The notes below the pieces were generated by a model, which made no database searches, was not told where the DNA came from, and was given only the letters and a program-made list of their open reading frames with translations. The translations under genes were made by a program, and so were the position numbers. A stretch of DNA of 64,000 nucleotides from the human T2T-CHM13v2.0 reference genome, Homo sapiens. The stretch lies in the NCBI RefSeq assembly GCF_009914755.1, contig NC_060948.1, one strand, 5' to 3'. Of this stretch, positions 46,730-59,045 are shown in pieces; position 1 is the first letter of the stretch; every line of letters starts with the position of its first letter.

Positions 46730-48709
46730 CAATCATCGCCTGTGTTGCTACCTGTCTTTTCAATGGTTAAAATACTGCTGCTGATGACGGGGATCAGGTA
46801 TAGCTGCTGGGTCACAGAATTTATGTGATAGGTAGCACCACCCTCTTTGAGTTCCACAAATCTTTTTGGTGGGCGTGGTCCAGCAGGAGCTGATATTCCC
46901 ACTCAGGAAGTGCTTTACAAGCTGAGATAAGAAAAAATGCTTTCTCGGAAAGAGTTATATAAGATGGTATAATATTAAAATTTTCATGTGTTAATCATGG
47001 ACTTAGCCTTAATCATTACAAGTTTACTTACTATAAAACTTTTGGGCCTAAAATAAGTGTATTTAATTAATTGTCATCAGAACTTTATATAAATAAAACA
47101 TTAGGGTTTTCTCACTTTTAATTGAGCACTTCATATAAAGTTATTGTTGTGACTCATAAAACTGTAACCTTCACATAAATAACTGCTTTATTCCTCAGTA
47201 AATAGCAATAATTTATTTGTCTTGTGTATTTAAAATCACTGTAAGGACTATAAATTCTTCCCTATTTTGTGTAAAACATAATGCAGCTTACACATCAATT
47301 CATCTTAGAGATGGATTGCATAAATTAGAGCACATTGAACTGCAAGTTATGTAGCTACAAATCAGAATTAAACAGATCTTCATATACTGACAGGTGTTTG
47401 ACTAAATACAAAACAAAGTTAATAATGCTGTATATTGTATATTTTCATTTGTGTAAAAAATAACCAAATAGCTACATGCATGGATTAGTGCACATACAGA
47501 CATAATCTCTGGACCAGGAATATAATATTGGTGGCAAGTTAATAATTTGCGGTACATATCCTCTTATGTATTTGGAATTATATTTTAACCCCATAAAACT
47601 GTTAGCTAAATAGTTTAACAACAGCAGTGTTTGTTTCAAAAAACTCTTTTGAAAATATGTATTTACTATGTCAATACAATAGTTAAATAAATTAAGAAAA
47701 AGGTGTTTTTCAAAAGTAAACTCTTTCCTCTATAAAGAACCCACAAGACAAATAAAGATCTGAACTTTTAAGCAGTGAGTTTAGCTAGAAAATCCTACAA
47801 TGTGCTAGAAAATGTACTCCCACAGATAAAAATATAAATATAATTTCACATTTACTAATTAAAGGTCTATACTGAATGCTGCTGTTAATTATATATTTAA
47901 CATTCAGTTTTCTCTTGAAATAAACTAAATTTTATGTTATTATTTGTTAATTTACTTACATTACCTCAAACTTGTTTTAGTTCTGTGTAAGATTTCAACA
48001 TTACTACCCTCTTTGTGGGACTGATGTGGTATTTAGAAGCAATAAAATGCACTCAAATGTTCTCTTCTCATGTCACGATTTTTAAACCATAACTTTCTTA
48101 GAATTTAACTAAAATAACATTAAGCAACTTCAATTTGTGGGTTATGAAAAACTTTTTAATGCATACATTTTAAATATAAACTTTTTATAGTATTACATTT
48201 GACTCCTCATTACTCTAAATTTTCAGTATTTTTTCACATGTGATTAAAACAACTCACTGTGTTAAGTTACCAAAGCCAACTATAGGGGAGCATTAAATAA
48301 ATATATATTAAATAAATTGTATTCTCCAACTAAAATTGTTTTAATTATATACCTGATGGCTACAGAATGTTAAAATAGTTGACAAAAAAAAACCCATGAG
48401 TTGATTTTATCTAAATGAGAAAATAGAATTTCACACAAAACTATGATTAATGAACAAAAGCAGCTTTATAATTTAAAATACTCACTAGCTATTGTTTTGT
48501 CTGTGTAATATATTTCAGCCAAACAGTCTACTATCTTTTTAAGATTTTTTTACACAGCCAATAGCTGGTGCTACAAGTAGCTCAAAAGCAGAATTGATGG
48601 TGTTTGGTGAGCGACAGACTGGAACAGCCAGCTCGGCTGGCAGTTGTTTACTTCTTAAATATTGCAGGTGAGCTTTTTATGCAGGGAAGATGAAACAATC
48701 AATTAATTT
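46730..48709 (-). pseudogene. USP9Y: Second, inverted USP9Y pseudogene fragment: exons 48709-48486 and 46921 to about 46730 (truncated)
   Basis: KLIDCFIFPA*...[32 protein letters not shown], bounded by AG and GT. ORF 46624-46902 has [28 protein letters not shown], with the AG acceptor at 46922-46923. Confidence 0.92.
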
Positions 48710-49139
48710 CTAGTAAGTCAGAAAAAGTAATCACAGTATTATTTGTAGAAAATATAGGTAAAAAAATTCTTTTCAAAGAAAATATTTTATTTGACATAAT
48801 TAAACACCTCATTGTATCTTGAAACAAATTTGAATTTTCTTACATAAGCAATTCCTAAAAAAACCCCAAGTAAAATCAATAAATGTAATTATTTTCCCAG
48901 AGTAGATTTTTAAAGAAATTTCTAAAACCTGAGAAATTTACCCAAAAGAAAAATAACATTCTAAATTAACCTACTCTTTTAATCACATAAAAATGGAAAT
49001 AAATTCATTTAAAATATAAAAAGGCATTAAAGCTTTATTATTTTTCATGAATTATGAGATATATAAACTCATAAAAATATGATATAAAAATAAATTTTTG
49101 CAAGATGTATGTTTTTCTCAATTATAAATTCAACCAAGT

Positions 49140-49400
49140 GCCAGGCACGGTGGTTCACATCTGTAGTCCCAGCATGTTCTGAGGATAAGGTACGCAAATT
49201 ACTTGAGGTCAGGAGTTAGAGAAGAGTCTGTAGAATATGGGGAAACCCCATCAGCTGTGGTTGTGTCTGCCAGTAATCTCAGCTAATCAAGAGGCTGAGG
49301 AAGATTAATCACTTGAAACTGTGAGTCAGGTGGTTGCAGGGTGCCAAGATTGCACCCTGCACTCCAGCCAAAGGGACAGTGTGAGATATCATTCTAAAAA
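49140..49400 (+). mobile_element. Diverged Alu shared by both arms
   Basis: Alu motifs; flanks match those of 30475-30720. Confidence 0.8.
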
Positions 49401-49504
49401 TAAAAGGGAAGAAATTCAATCAACTAAGAATTGAAATACACTATTTACTTTTCAATGCAGTTTGTCAAAAACTGATTTGTAATTATTTTAAAAAAATATC
49501 TTAA

Positions 49505-49666
49505 CGCTGGGTATGGTGCCATGCACAAGTAATTCAAGCTATTCAGGAAACTGAGGCAGGAGAATCACTTGAACCCAGGGGTCAGAGATTGCAGTGAGTC
49601 AAGATCGCACCACTTCACTCCAGTCTGGCAACAGAGAGAGATGCCATATTTAAATAAAAAAAAAAA
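49505..49666 (+). mobile_element. Alu right monomer
   Basis: CTGAGGCAGGAGAATCACTTGAACCCAGG followed by an A-tail. Confidence 0.75.
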
Positions 49667-49729
49667 GTCTTCAGTAAAGTGTGGCACATATTTAAAAGTT
49701 ACTATAAACTCTACAAAAATAAATCCCTT

Positions 49730-50510
49730 CTTATTTTTAATTTTATCTTATATTAAATTCCATGGTACATATGCAGGACATGCAGGTTTATTTCACAATT
49801 AACCACGTGCCATGGTTGTTGACTGCAGATATCAACCCATTACATAGGTAGTATGCCCCACGTGATTTAGCTATTTATCCTGAATCTCTTTTATCCCCCC
49901 GGCACACCCAAGTGCGTGTTTTTTCCCTCCCTGTGTGTATGTGTCTTCAATGTTCAGTTCCCATGCATGAGTGTGAACATGCAGTGTTTTTTGTGTGTGT
50001 GTGTGTTTTGTTTCTGTGTTAGCTTACTGAGGATATCGGCTTCCTGCTTCATCCATGCCCCTTCACAGGACATAATTTCATTCCTTTTTATGGCTGCATA
50101 TAGTTTCATTGTGTATATGTACCACGTTTTCTTTATTCAGGCTGTTGTTGATAGGCATTTGGGTTAATTCCATGTTTTTGTTACTGCGAGTAGCTCTGTA
50201 GTAAACATACATATGCATGTATCCTTGTAATAGAATAGCTTGTTTTTGGAAGAGTATATATCCAGTAATGTAATTGCTGAGTACAGTGGTATTTCTGGTT
50301 CTAGATACTTGATGAATCATCACACACTTTTTCACAGTGTGTACTGATTTGCATTCTGAACAACAATATAAAAGTATTCCTATCATTGCACTGCCTCACT
50401 ATCATCTGTTGTTTCTTGGCTTTTTAGTAATCACCATTTTGACTGGCCTCAGATGGTATCTCATTGCAGCTTAGTTGTGCATTTCCCTAATAATTCATGA
50501 TGGTGAGCTT
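49730..50510 (-). mobile_element. L1PA 3' end (partner of 29560-30320)
   Basis: Antisense L1 3' UTR and ORF2 end. ORF 50078-50386 resembles ORF 29725-29913 (CVMIHQVSRTRNT versus CVIIHQVSRTRNT). Confidence 0.85.
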
Positions 50511-51157
50511 TTTGAGATAAAGACCAATAACTCTTTTCTTACCCAAATGAGGCCTCTTATAGCAGCTCTTCAACATCCATTTAACCTGTGTTTTTAACAC
50601 TATCCTGCAAAAGGAAAAGTATTATAGGCTTAACTTACATGATAATGATAGAAAATTACAGGATGTTAGAAGAGCAAAGAGTTAGAGCAAAGTGAGATCT
50701 CATGTAAATTTTGTGCAAAATTTTTAAAAGCAAGTTCCTATTTCTTCTTTAGAACTCTCTAGAATAGTAAATTTCATCAGTTTTGTTTCCACAAGATACA
50801 AACATATTTGCGTATCTCTACCATGGAAAAATAGTTTACTATTGCACTTAGTGGAAGAGGCCAGAAATGCTACTCATAATCCTATGGAGTGCAGCAAAAG
50901 TTCCTCACAAAAAGAAATTACATGAGTACAAAATGTCAAAATCCAAGAATAAGAAATTCTGTTACATCAGTAAACTTTATAATCTACCAGAAAAATGCCA
51001 ATCTGAACCTCAATGCCATATATTTTAGAAATATATTCTCATAGAATAAAAAGAGTAAGAGAGTGTAAGTAAGAGAGATTAGGTGACCCAATGCAAATGC
51101 CAGTGAGCCGAGGTCACACCACTGCACACCAGCCTGGGTGACACAGTGAGACTGTGA

Positions 51158-51193
51158 CACACACACACATACACACAGATACACACACACAAT

Positions 51194-51241
<48 letters not shown>

Positions 51242-51250
51242 GTATCTATA
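51158..51250. repeat. (CA)n followed by a (TCTA)11 microsatellite
   Basis: Eleven perfect TCTA units at 51197-51240, then TGTA TCTA. Confidence 0.95.
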
Positions 51251-51334
51251 TCTCAAATTGTAGGACACTCAATTATCAATATTTCAAGATCCAGTAGATG
51301 TAAGGCACTTAAACACAAGTAGCTATGCTTCTTT

Positions 51335-52744
51335 TGTCATGGAATTTTGGTGGAGTCACCTTGCCGGATGGAAACCACTGTGGCCAGTAGTGCCTTTGCC
51401 TCAGTTTTGCTAAGGCCTGCTAAGCTTGTTATACCCACTCTGCCTGAGAGGCTGCCTTCCCCTTGCATTATAGGCATGGATTTAACACCTGCCAAGGGCA
51501 AATGTGGCATAGAGTGGCAAGGGGTGTATGAGCGAGTGTGGGCATCAGCCACTACACACAGCCAGGCATGCCAGCTGTGGCAGGGCAGGAAATTTCAGGT
51601 GCCAAGAGAAGTGCCATCTCACTGAGAAGCTGCAGCTGGATCAGGCATTCTGCAAGCAGCTTTCATAGCTTATACTAAGGAATGGAGTTGTGCCCAGAAG
51701 TTTGAAGATGCCAGAAACTTCAAAGCCCTAAAGAAAATGTCACAGCCCTGGCTTTGAGAGTGCCTAGGTCTGTGCACCCTGAAGGGTCATAGCTCTCGTC
51801 TTATTTTTGTCTTCCACAATGTGATGAGCAAGGTATATCTTTTTTTTCCCCCAGTTTGTGTTACAACTCTTTCAGCTTCACCATTCAGCTTATCTCAAAT
51901 AATTGTTCTGCATTCAGGAATAAAGACATAGATGGACAATTAAAGAGTGTGCAATGTAAAGAGAAGCTGTAGTGAATGAGAGAACACAGAAAAGCCCCTC
52001 ATTGGGTAGCTCCTCCACACAAGCCAGATGTCCCGATGAGTGTCCATCTCTCAGCAAAGAGAGTGGGTAGCTCCTCTCTAAAGGCAGGGTGTCAGTGATT
52101 ACTATCCGGCTCTCAGCAGAGAGGAGAACCTGGAGCGGGTATCTTCTCCATCCAGCTGGTCATCTTGCCCAGTTTTAAGCTCCGTGCAGAGAGAAGGCCC
52201 TGCAGTGGGGAAATCCTCATATCTGGTGGTCCCAACATCTAAGTTTCAGCATAGAAGAGATCTTGGAGTAGGTAGCTTATCCGTCTATCTGGCTGCTCTG
52301 TTATCTCCCTAGCTCTCAGCAAAGTCTGTGGTGGGTAGCTCCAGTGTGCTGTTGAAAGTTCTGATGCCTCCTTAGCTCTCAGCAGAGAGAAGGCCCTTCA
52401 GTGGGTCAGTCCTCTCCGCAGCTGGTTGGTAGTCTGTCAAGTCTTCCAGTGTGGCTGAATCCAGTAATTTTACATCATTCAAAGAAAATAAAGTGCTTGC
52501 TGATTGGATTATTGGGCAGCAATTTCCTTAATAAAAGTAAATTTACTTTTATTAATTTTAAAGTAAATTTAAATAAAAATTACTTTAAATTTAATTAAAG
52601 TAAATTTACTTAATAAAGCAATTTACTTAATAAAAGTAAAATCATTTCCCATTCTTGTCCATCAGCCTATGCCCCAGACTTCAAGATGTCACTGGCTTGA
52701 AGGTGGAGCTTCGGTGGGGAGCAACGAATTTATGCCCAGGAGCC
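51335..52744 (-). mobile_element. MER52 LTR, truncated at the HERV-L boundary
   Basis: Starts TGTCATGGAA (reverse complement of the 3' end) and contains repeated CTCTCAGCAGAGAG...GTGGGTAGCTCC units. Confidence 0.8.
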
Positions 52745-55700
52745 TGTGATGGTTAATACTGAGTGTCAACTTAACCGGACTGAGACTTACAGAGTATTAA
52801 TCCTGGGTGTGTCTGTGTGAGTGTTGCCCAAAACAGATTAACATTTGAGTCAGTGGGCTGACTCAACCTTAATCTGGAGGGCACAATCTATTCAGCTTCC
52901 AGTAAACATAAAACAGGCAAAAAACGTAAAAAGGCGAGATGGACTAACATCTTGCCTACATCTTTCTCCTGTGCTGGATGCTGTCTGCCCTCACATGGCT
53001 GACTCCAACTTGTTCAATTTTGGTACTCAGATTGGCTCTCGTTGATTCTCAGCTTGCTGACAGCCTATTGTGGGACATTGTGATCACGTAAGTTCATACT
53101 TAATAAACTCTTCTATAGATATTAGTTCTGTCCCTGTGAAAGAATCCTGACTAATACAGATGTTGGTAACAGAAATGGTTCTAGAGGAACAGAACATTAA
53201 AAATAAAGTTCTTTCATTGGTTTTGGAGGTTTTGAAGTTGGCTGTTTAATATAATTTGATGCAAAAAGTCTGTGGACTCTACTTCTAATAATATGGAGAA
53301 CACTGATAGTCCTTGGTGGAAACCATTTAGAGACTTATGCAAAATAAATTAATTTGGCACTCCTGATTCACTGATTGTGAGAATCAAGGAGTTTAGTGAT
53401 TCTATACATAATACCTTTGACCATATGTGGAGAACCAAAGAACACAGTGAAGCTGCTTGGTAGCTCCTAAGTTCAGTGAACAATATGATGAAAGAAAATG
53501 ATGAACTCAGGGATACTGTCTCCCAACTTCAGAAGCAGATACTGAGGCTCAAATCTGCTAATTTTGCCCTGAGTGAGAATCTTATCATTTGTAGAGCAAG
53601 AGCTAAAATTGTGGAAAAGCAGACACAGGCTCTTATCATGTGAGTCACTGACCTGCAATAAAAGATGCATGCACAGCCTCACCAGGTGTCTACTGTTATA
53701 GTGAGGGCATTGATTGAAAAAGAAACAGACCCTGTAAATCATAATAGAGATGTGTAGGAGAACCCTGATGAATCTGGTGACAGTGAGTGGTTAACTCTGA
53801 TGAACTTTTTTTTTTTTTTGGTGCCAGAAAGAATGGCTTCCTCATCTCAAGAAGTGGCAACATCCCCTTTATGATCCATACTGCCATCAGCCTTTCCAAC
53901 TCTGTCTGAAGAAAGAAACTGTGCACTGGCTGAGGCAACAGTGTTTTCCACCCCTGAGGCAGTTTCCAGGAAAGATAATATCATTTCTCCTCAGAAGCCA
54001 TCCCCAACACCTCCATTTGTTTCTAGACCTATAAGTAGATTAAAGTTCTGGTGGGCTCCTAGAGGTGAGGTGGAGAGTGTGACCCATGAAGTGGTGTGCT
54101 ACACTCAAAAAGAACTGTTAGAGTTATCTCATTTATTTGAACAGAAATCTGGAGGACAGGTATGAGCATGAATATTAAGTGTAGGGGATAATGGGGGAAG
54201 AGGAATCATGGAAATGTATCAGACTGAATTTATTGAGTAGAGCCCACTAAGCAGGGAATTTGCATTTAATGTTGCTGCTTAGGTAGTTAAAAAAATTCTA
54301 ATAGTTGATTTTCCTGGTTAGCTGAAATATGGATTAAAAGATGTCCCACTGTGAGTGAGCTGGAAATGCCTAGTCTCCGTTGGCTTAATGTAGAGAGAGA
54401 GATCTGGAGGCTTAGGGAAATTGGGATGGCGGAGTGGATTCATCTCCTTAGACTTTACTCATTCCACTTTGGAGGGTCTGGAAGAGATGCCCTTTACCAA
54501 TGCCTTGTGAAATAGATTTGTGAGGGAAGGACTTGCATCTGTAAATAGCCCTGTAATTTCTCTTCTGTGTATGTCAGATTTAATGGTGGGAAACACAATC
54601 ACTCAACGGCAAAATTTAAATAGGATGAGAAAAGTTGGATCCCCAGGTGGCAGGCGCCAAGTGGCAGTACTCAACCATCAAAGGCAAGGTGGGTGTAAAT
54701 AAGGGAAGTGGCAATTACAATAATGTGACTCCTATGGAGCTCTGGCATTAACTAATTAATCAAGGTGTTCCTGGAAGTGAAATTGAGAGAAAGCCTACTG
54801 CATTCACACTTAAGTTAAACAAACAGATAACTTTTGGGTCAAATAAAAAAACAGACTACTTTGAATTATAAAAGCAGAGTATTACAGCCCCTTCCCCAAT
54901 CAGTTTCCAAACTAGAGCCAGTTTAAAGACCAAGAACCCCTTGAAAGAAAGAGACACCAGTTTCCCTTGAGGAATGACCCCACTGCATTACTGAAAATAT
55001 AATCGTGGTCACACAATTAAAGTAGGAGCTTAAGGAGGTCAGGTAATGAATGGAGATTTAGCTTAGGTTGGACTTACAGAGTGTCCTATGCATCCCAGGA
55101 CTCCTCTTGGAGTCATTTTCCCGGTGCTAGAATGCATAATTGGCATAGACATACTTAGCAGCTGGCAGAACCCCACATTTGCTCCCTGATGTGTAGGGTG
55201 AGGGCTACTACACTGAAAAAGTTCAAATGGAAGCCAATAGAGCTGCCTATACATAAAAAATAGTAAATCAAAAACAATATCACATTCCTGAGAGGACTGC
55301 AAAGATTAGTGCCAACATCAAGGACTTCAAAGATGCAGCAGTGGTAATTACCAGCACCTTTTCCTTCAACGCTTTCATTTGGACTGTGTAGAAGACAGAT
55401 GGATCTTGGAGAACAACAGTGGATTATCAAAACTTAACTAAGTTATGACTCAAATTGCAGCTGCTTTACCAGATGTAGTTTTATTGTTTGAGCAAATTAA
55501 TACATCTCCCGGTAACTGGTATGCAGCCATTGACATGGAAAATGCCTCTTTCTTTATTAATAACTATAAGGCCCAACAGAAGAAATTTGCCTTCAGCTGA
55601 CAAGGCCAGCAATATACCTTTACTGTCCTACCTCAGAGGTATATCAGCTCTCTGTCTTCATGTCAGAATCTTATTCAGAGAGAACTTGATTGCTTTTCAT

Positions 55701-58700
55701 TTCTGTAAGATATCACACTGGTCCATATAATTAATGACATTATGCTGATATGATCCAGTGAGCAAGAAGTAGCAAGAACACTGGACTTATTGGTGAGACA
55801 TTTTTGTACCAGAGGATGGGAAATGAATCTGACTAAAATTCAGAGACCTCCTACCTCAGTAATATTCCTAGGGGTCCAGTCTTGTGGAGCCTATCAAAAT
55901 ATTCCTTCTAAGGTAAAGAATAAGTTGCTGCATTAGGCACCTCCTACAACCAAGAAAGAGGCACAGTGCTTAGTAGGACTATTTGGATTTTGGATGCAAC
56001 ATATTTTTCATTTGGATGTGTCACTCTGGCCCACTTATCGAGTGACCCAAAGGCTGCCAGCTTCCAGTGGCATCCAGAACTGGAGAAGTCTCTGCAACAG
56101 GTGCAGTCTGCTGGGCAAACTCCTCTGCCACTTGGGCCACGTGACCCACATATTCGATGGTGCTTGATGTGTCAGTGGCAGATAGGAATGCTATTTGGAA
56201 CCCTTGCCAGGCTTCCACAGGTGAATCACAGCACAGCCCTCTAGGATTTTGCAACAATGCCCTGCCATCTTCTGTAGACAAATATTCTGCTTTGGAGAGA
56301 CAGCTCTTGGCCCATTACTGGGCTTTGGTGAAAACTGAACGTTTGACTATGGGTCATCAAATCACTGTGTGAGCTGAACTGCCTATCATAAACTGTGTGC
56401 TTTCAAACCCATCTACTCATAAAGTGGGTTGTGCACAGGAACATTTCATTATCAATTGGAAGTGGTATATATGTGACAAGGCTTGAGCAGGTCCTAAGGC
56501 ACAGTAAGTTACATGAGAAAGTGGCTCAAATGCCCATGGTCTCCACTCCGGCCATGGCACCTTCTCTCCTCCAGCCTGCATCGATGGCCTAATGGGAAGT
56601 TATTTATGATCAGTTGACAGAGGAACTAACACTGGGACCTGGTTCACAAGTGGTTCTGCACAATATGCAGCCACCACCCAAAAGTGGACAGCTGAAGCAC
56701 TACAGCTCCTTTCTAGGACATCCCTGAAGGACAGCGGTGAAGATACATCTTCCCAGAGGGTAAAACTTCAAGCAGTGAACCTGGTTGTTCACTTTGCATT
56801 GAAGGAGAAACAGCCAAATATGTGTTTATATACTGATTAATGGGCCTTAGTCAATGGTTTGTCTGGAGGTCTGGCACTTGGAAGAAGCATGATTAGAATA
56901 TTGGCAACAAAGAAATTTGGGGAAAAGATAAGTGGATGGGTCATTCTGAGTGGTGAAAAACTGAAGATACTTCTATTTTATGTGAGTACTCACCAACGAG
57001 TGACCTCAGCAGAGAAAGTGTTTAGTAATCAAGCAGATAGAATGACCCATTGTGTGGACACCACTCTGCCTCTTTCCCCAGCCTGGCATTGCCCAATGGG
57101 CCCATGAACAAGGTGGCCATGTTGGCAGGAATGGAGGTTACACATGGACTCAGCAACATGGGCTTCTACTCACTAAGGCTGACCTGGCTATGGCCTCTGA
57201 TGAGTGCCCAATTTGCCAGCAGCAGAGACCAACACTGAGCCCATGTTATGGGACAATTTCTCAGGGTGATCAGACAGCTACATGATGGCAGGTTGAATAT
57301 ATTGGACCTCTTCCATCATGGAAAGGGCAAAGGTTTGTCCTCACTGGAATAAATTTTTACATTTCTCATGGCTTTGCCTATTCTGCATGCAATGCGTCCA
57401 CGAAGACTACCATCAGTGGACTCACAAAATGCTTTATTCATCATCATGTTATTCCACGCTGCATTTCCTCTGAACAAGGCACTCACTTTAAAGCTAAAGA
57501 AGTGTGGCAGTTGGCTTCTCCTCATTAAATTCTCTGGTGTTACCATGCTTTTTATCATCCTGAAGCAGCTAGATAAATAGAATGGTAAAATGGCTCTTTG
57601 AAGTTACAATTACAATGCCAATTATGAGAGAATACTTTGAAGGGCCTGTGGCAAAGTTCTCCAGAAGACCATGTGTGCTGTGAATCAGCATCCAATATGT
57701 TGTACTGTTTCTCTCACAGCAAGAATTCATGGGTCCAAAAATCAAGGGTTGTAAGTAGAAATGTCACCACTCACCATCACCCCAAGAGATCCACTAGCAA
57801 CATTTTTGCTTTCTGTTTCCAAGACGTTAAGTTCTGTTGGCCTAGAGATCTTAGTTCCAGAGGGAGGAATGCTGCCACCAGAAGACACGGCCATGATTCC
57901 ATTAAACTGGAAGTTAAGATTGACACCCAAACACTTTGGCCTTCTCCTACCTTTGAGTCAACAGTCTAAGAAGGAAAGTACAGTGTTGACTGAGGTGATT
58001 GATGCAAACTATCAAGGAGGAAATCAGTCTACTGCTCCACAATTTAGGTAAGGAAGAGTATGAAGGGAATAGAGAAGATACATTAGGATGTGTCTTAGTA
58101 TTACTATGACCTGTGATTAAGGTCAATAGGAAACTACAAGAGCCCAATCCTGGCAGGACTACAAATGGTTCAGATCCTTCAGGAATTAAGGTTTGGGTCA
58201 CAAATCAGGAAAAAAAAATGACCTGCTGAATACCTTACTGAAGGCAAAGAAAATGCAGAATGGGGAGTAGAAGCCAGTCATCCATACCACCTGAAAACAC
58301 GTGACCAGCTGCAGAAATGAGGACTTTAATTGTCTTAAGTATTTCCTCCTTCTTTTGCTAAAAAAAAAAGTTTGTGCATATGTATACATGTAGTAAGAAA
58401 ATATCTTCATTTTTTCTTTCCTTTTATTATGTGACATAAGATATATTGACTTCATATCATCATTTGAGTATAGGTAACTTTACATAATAGTGTTCGGGTT
58501 GGAGATTGGTGTGTTCCTGATTGTATGAAGGATAGTTCTATTATGTTAGGTGTAAATATGACTCATTTTTGTATTATGTTAGGTGTAATTATAACCTCAT
58601 TTTTGTCTTTATTTGAAGAGTATGTATTATCTCAGGAGATGTCTATAGATTCAACTTGAAAAAGGGTGAACATATGACGGTTAATACTGTGTGTCAATTT

Positions 58701-59045
58701 CACTGGATTGAGGGATACAAAGTATTAATCTGGGGCATGTCTCTTGGTAGTTTCCCAAAAATGGATTAACATTTGAGTCAGGGGGCTGGGGAAGACAAAC
58801 CTACCTTAATCTGGTGGGCACAATCGAATCAGCTTCTAGCGAATGTAAAGCAGACAGAAACATGAGAAAAGGTGAGATGGGCCTCGCCTCGAAAGCCTCC
58901 ATGTTTCCCCTGTGCTGGATGCTCCTTACCCTCAGACACCAGACTCCAACTACTTCAGTTTTGGGACTTGGAGTTTTTCTCCTTGTTCCTCAGCTAGCAA
59001 ACAGCCTATTGTGATCATGTAAGTTAATACTTCATAACCTCCAAT
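52745..59045 (+). mobile_element. Near full-length defective HERV-L: MLT2A 5' LTR 52745-53158, gag-pol-dUTPase, 3' LTR 58673 to about 59045
   Basis: The LTR runs TGTGATGGTTAATACTGAGTGTCAAC...GACTAATACA, with a degenerate Leu-type PBS at about 53159-53180. RT region at 55200-56100, YSALERQLLAHYWAL, WAHEQGGH...CPICQQQRP (IN zinc finger), dUTPase ORF 57761-58051. No env. Confidence 0.93.
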
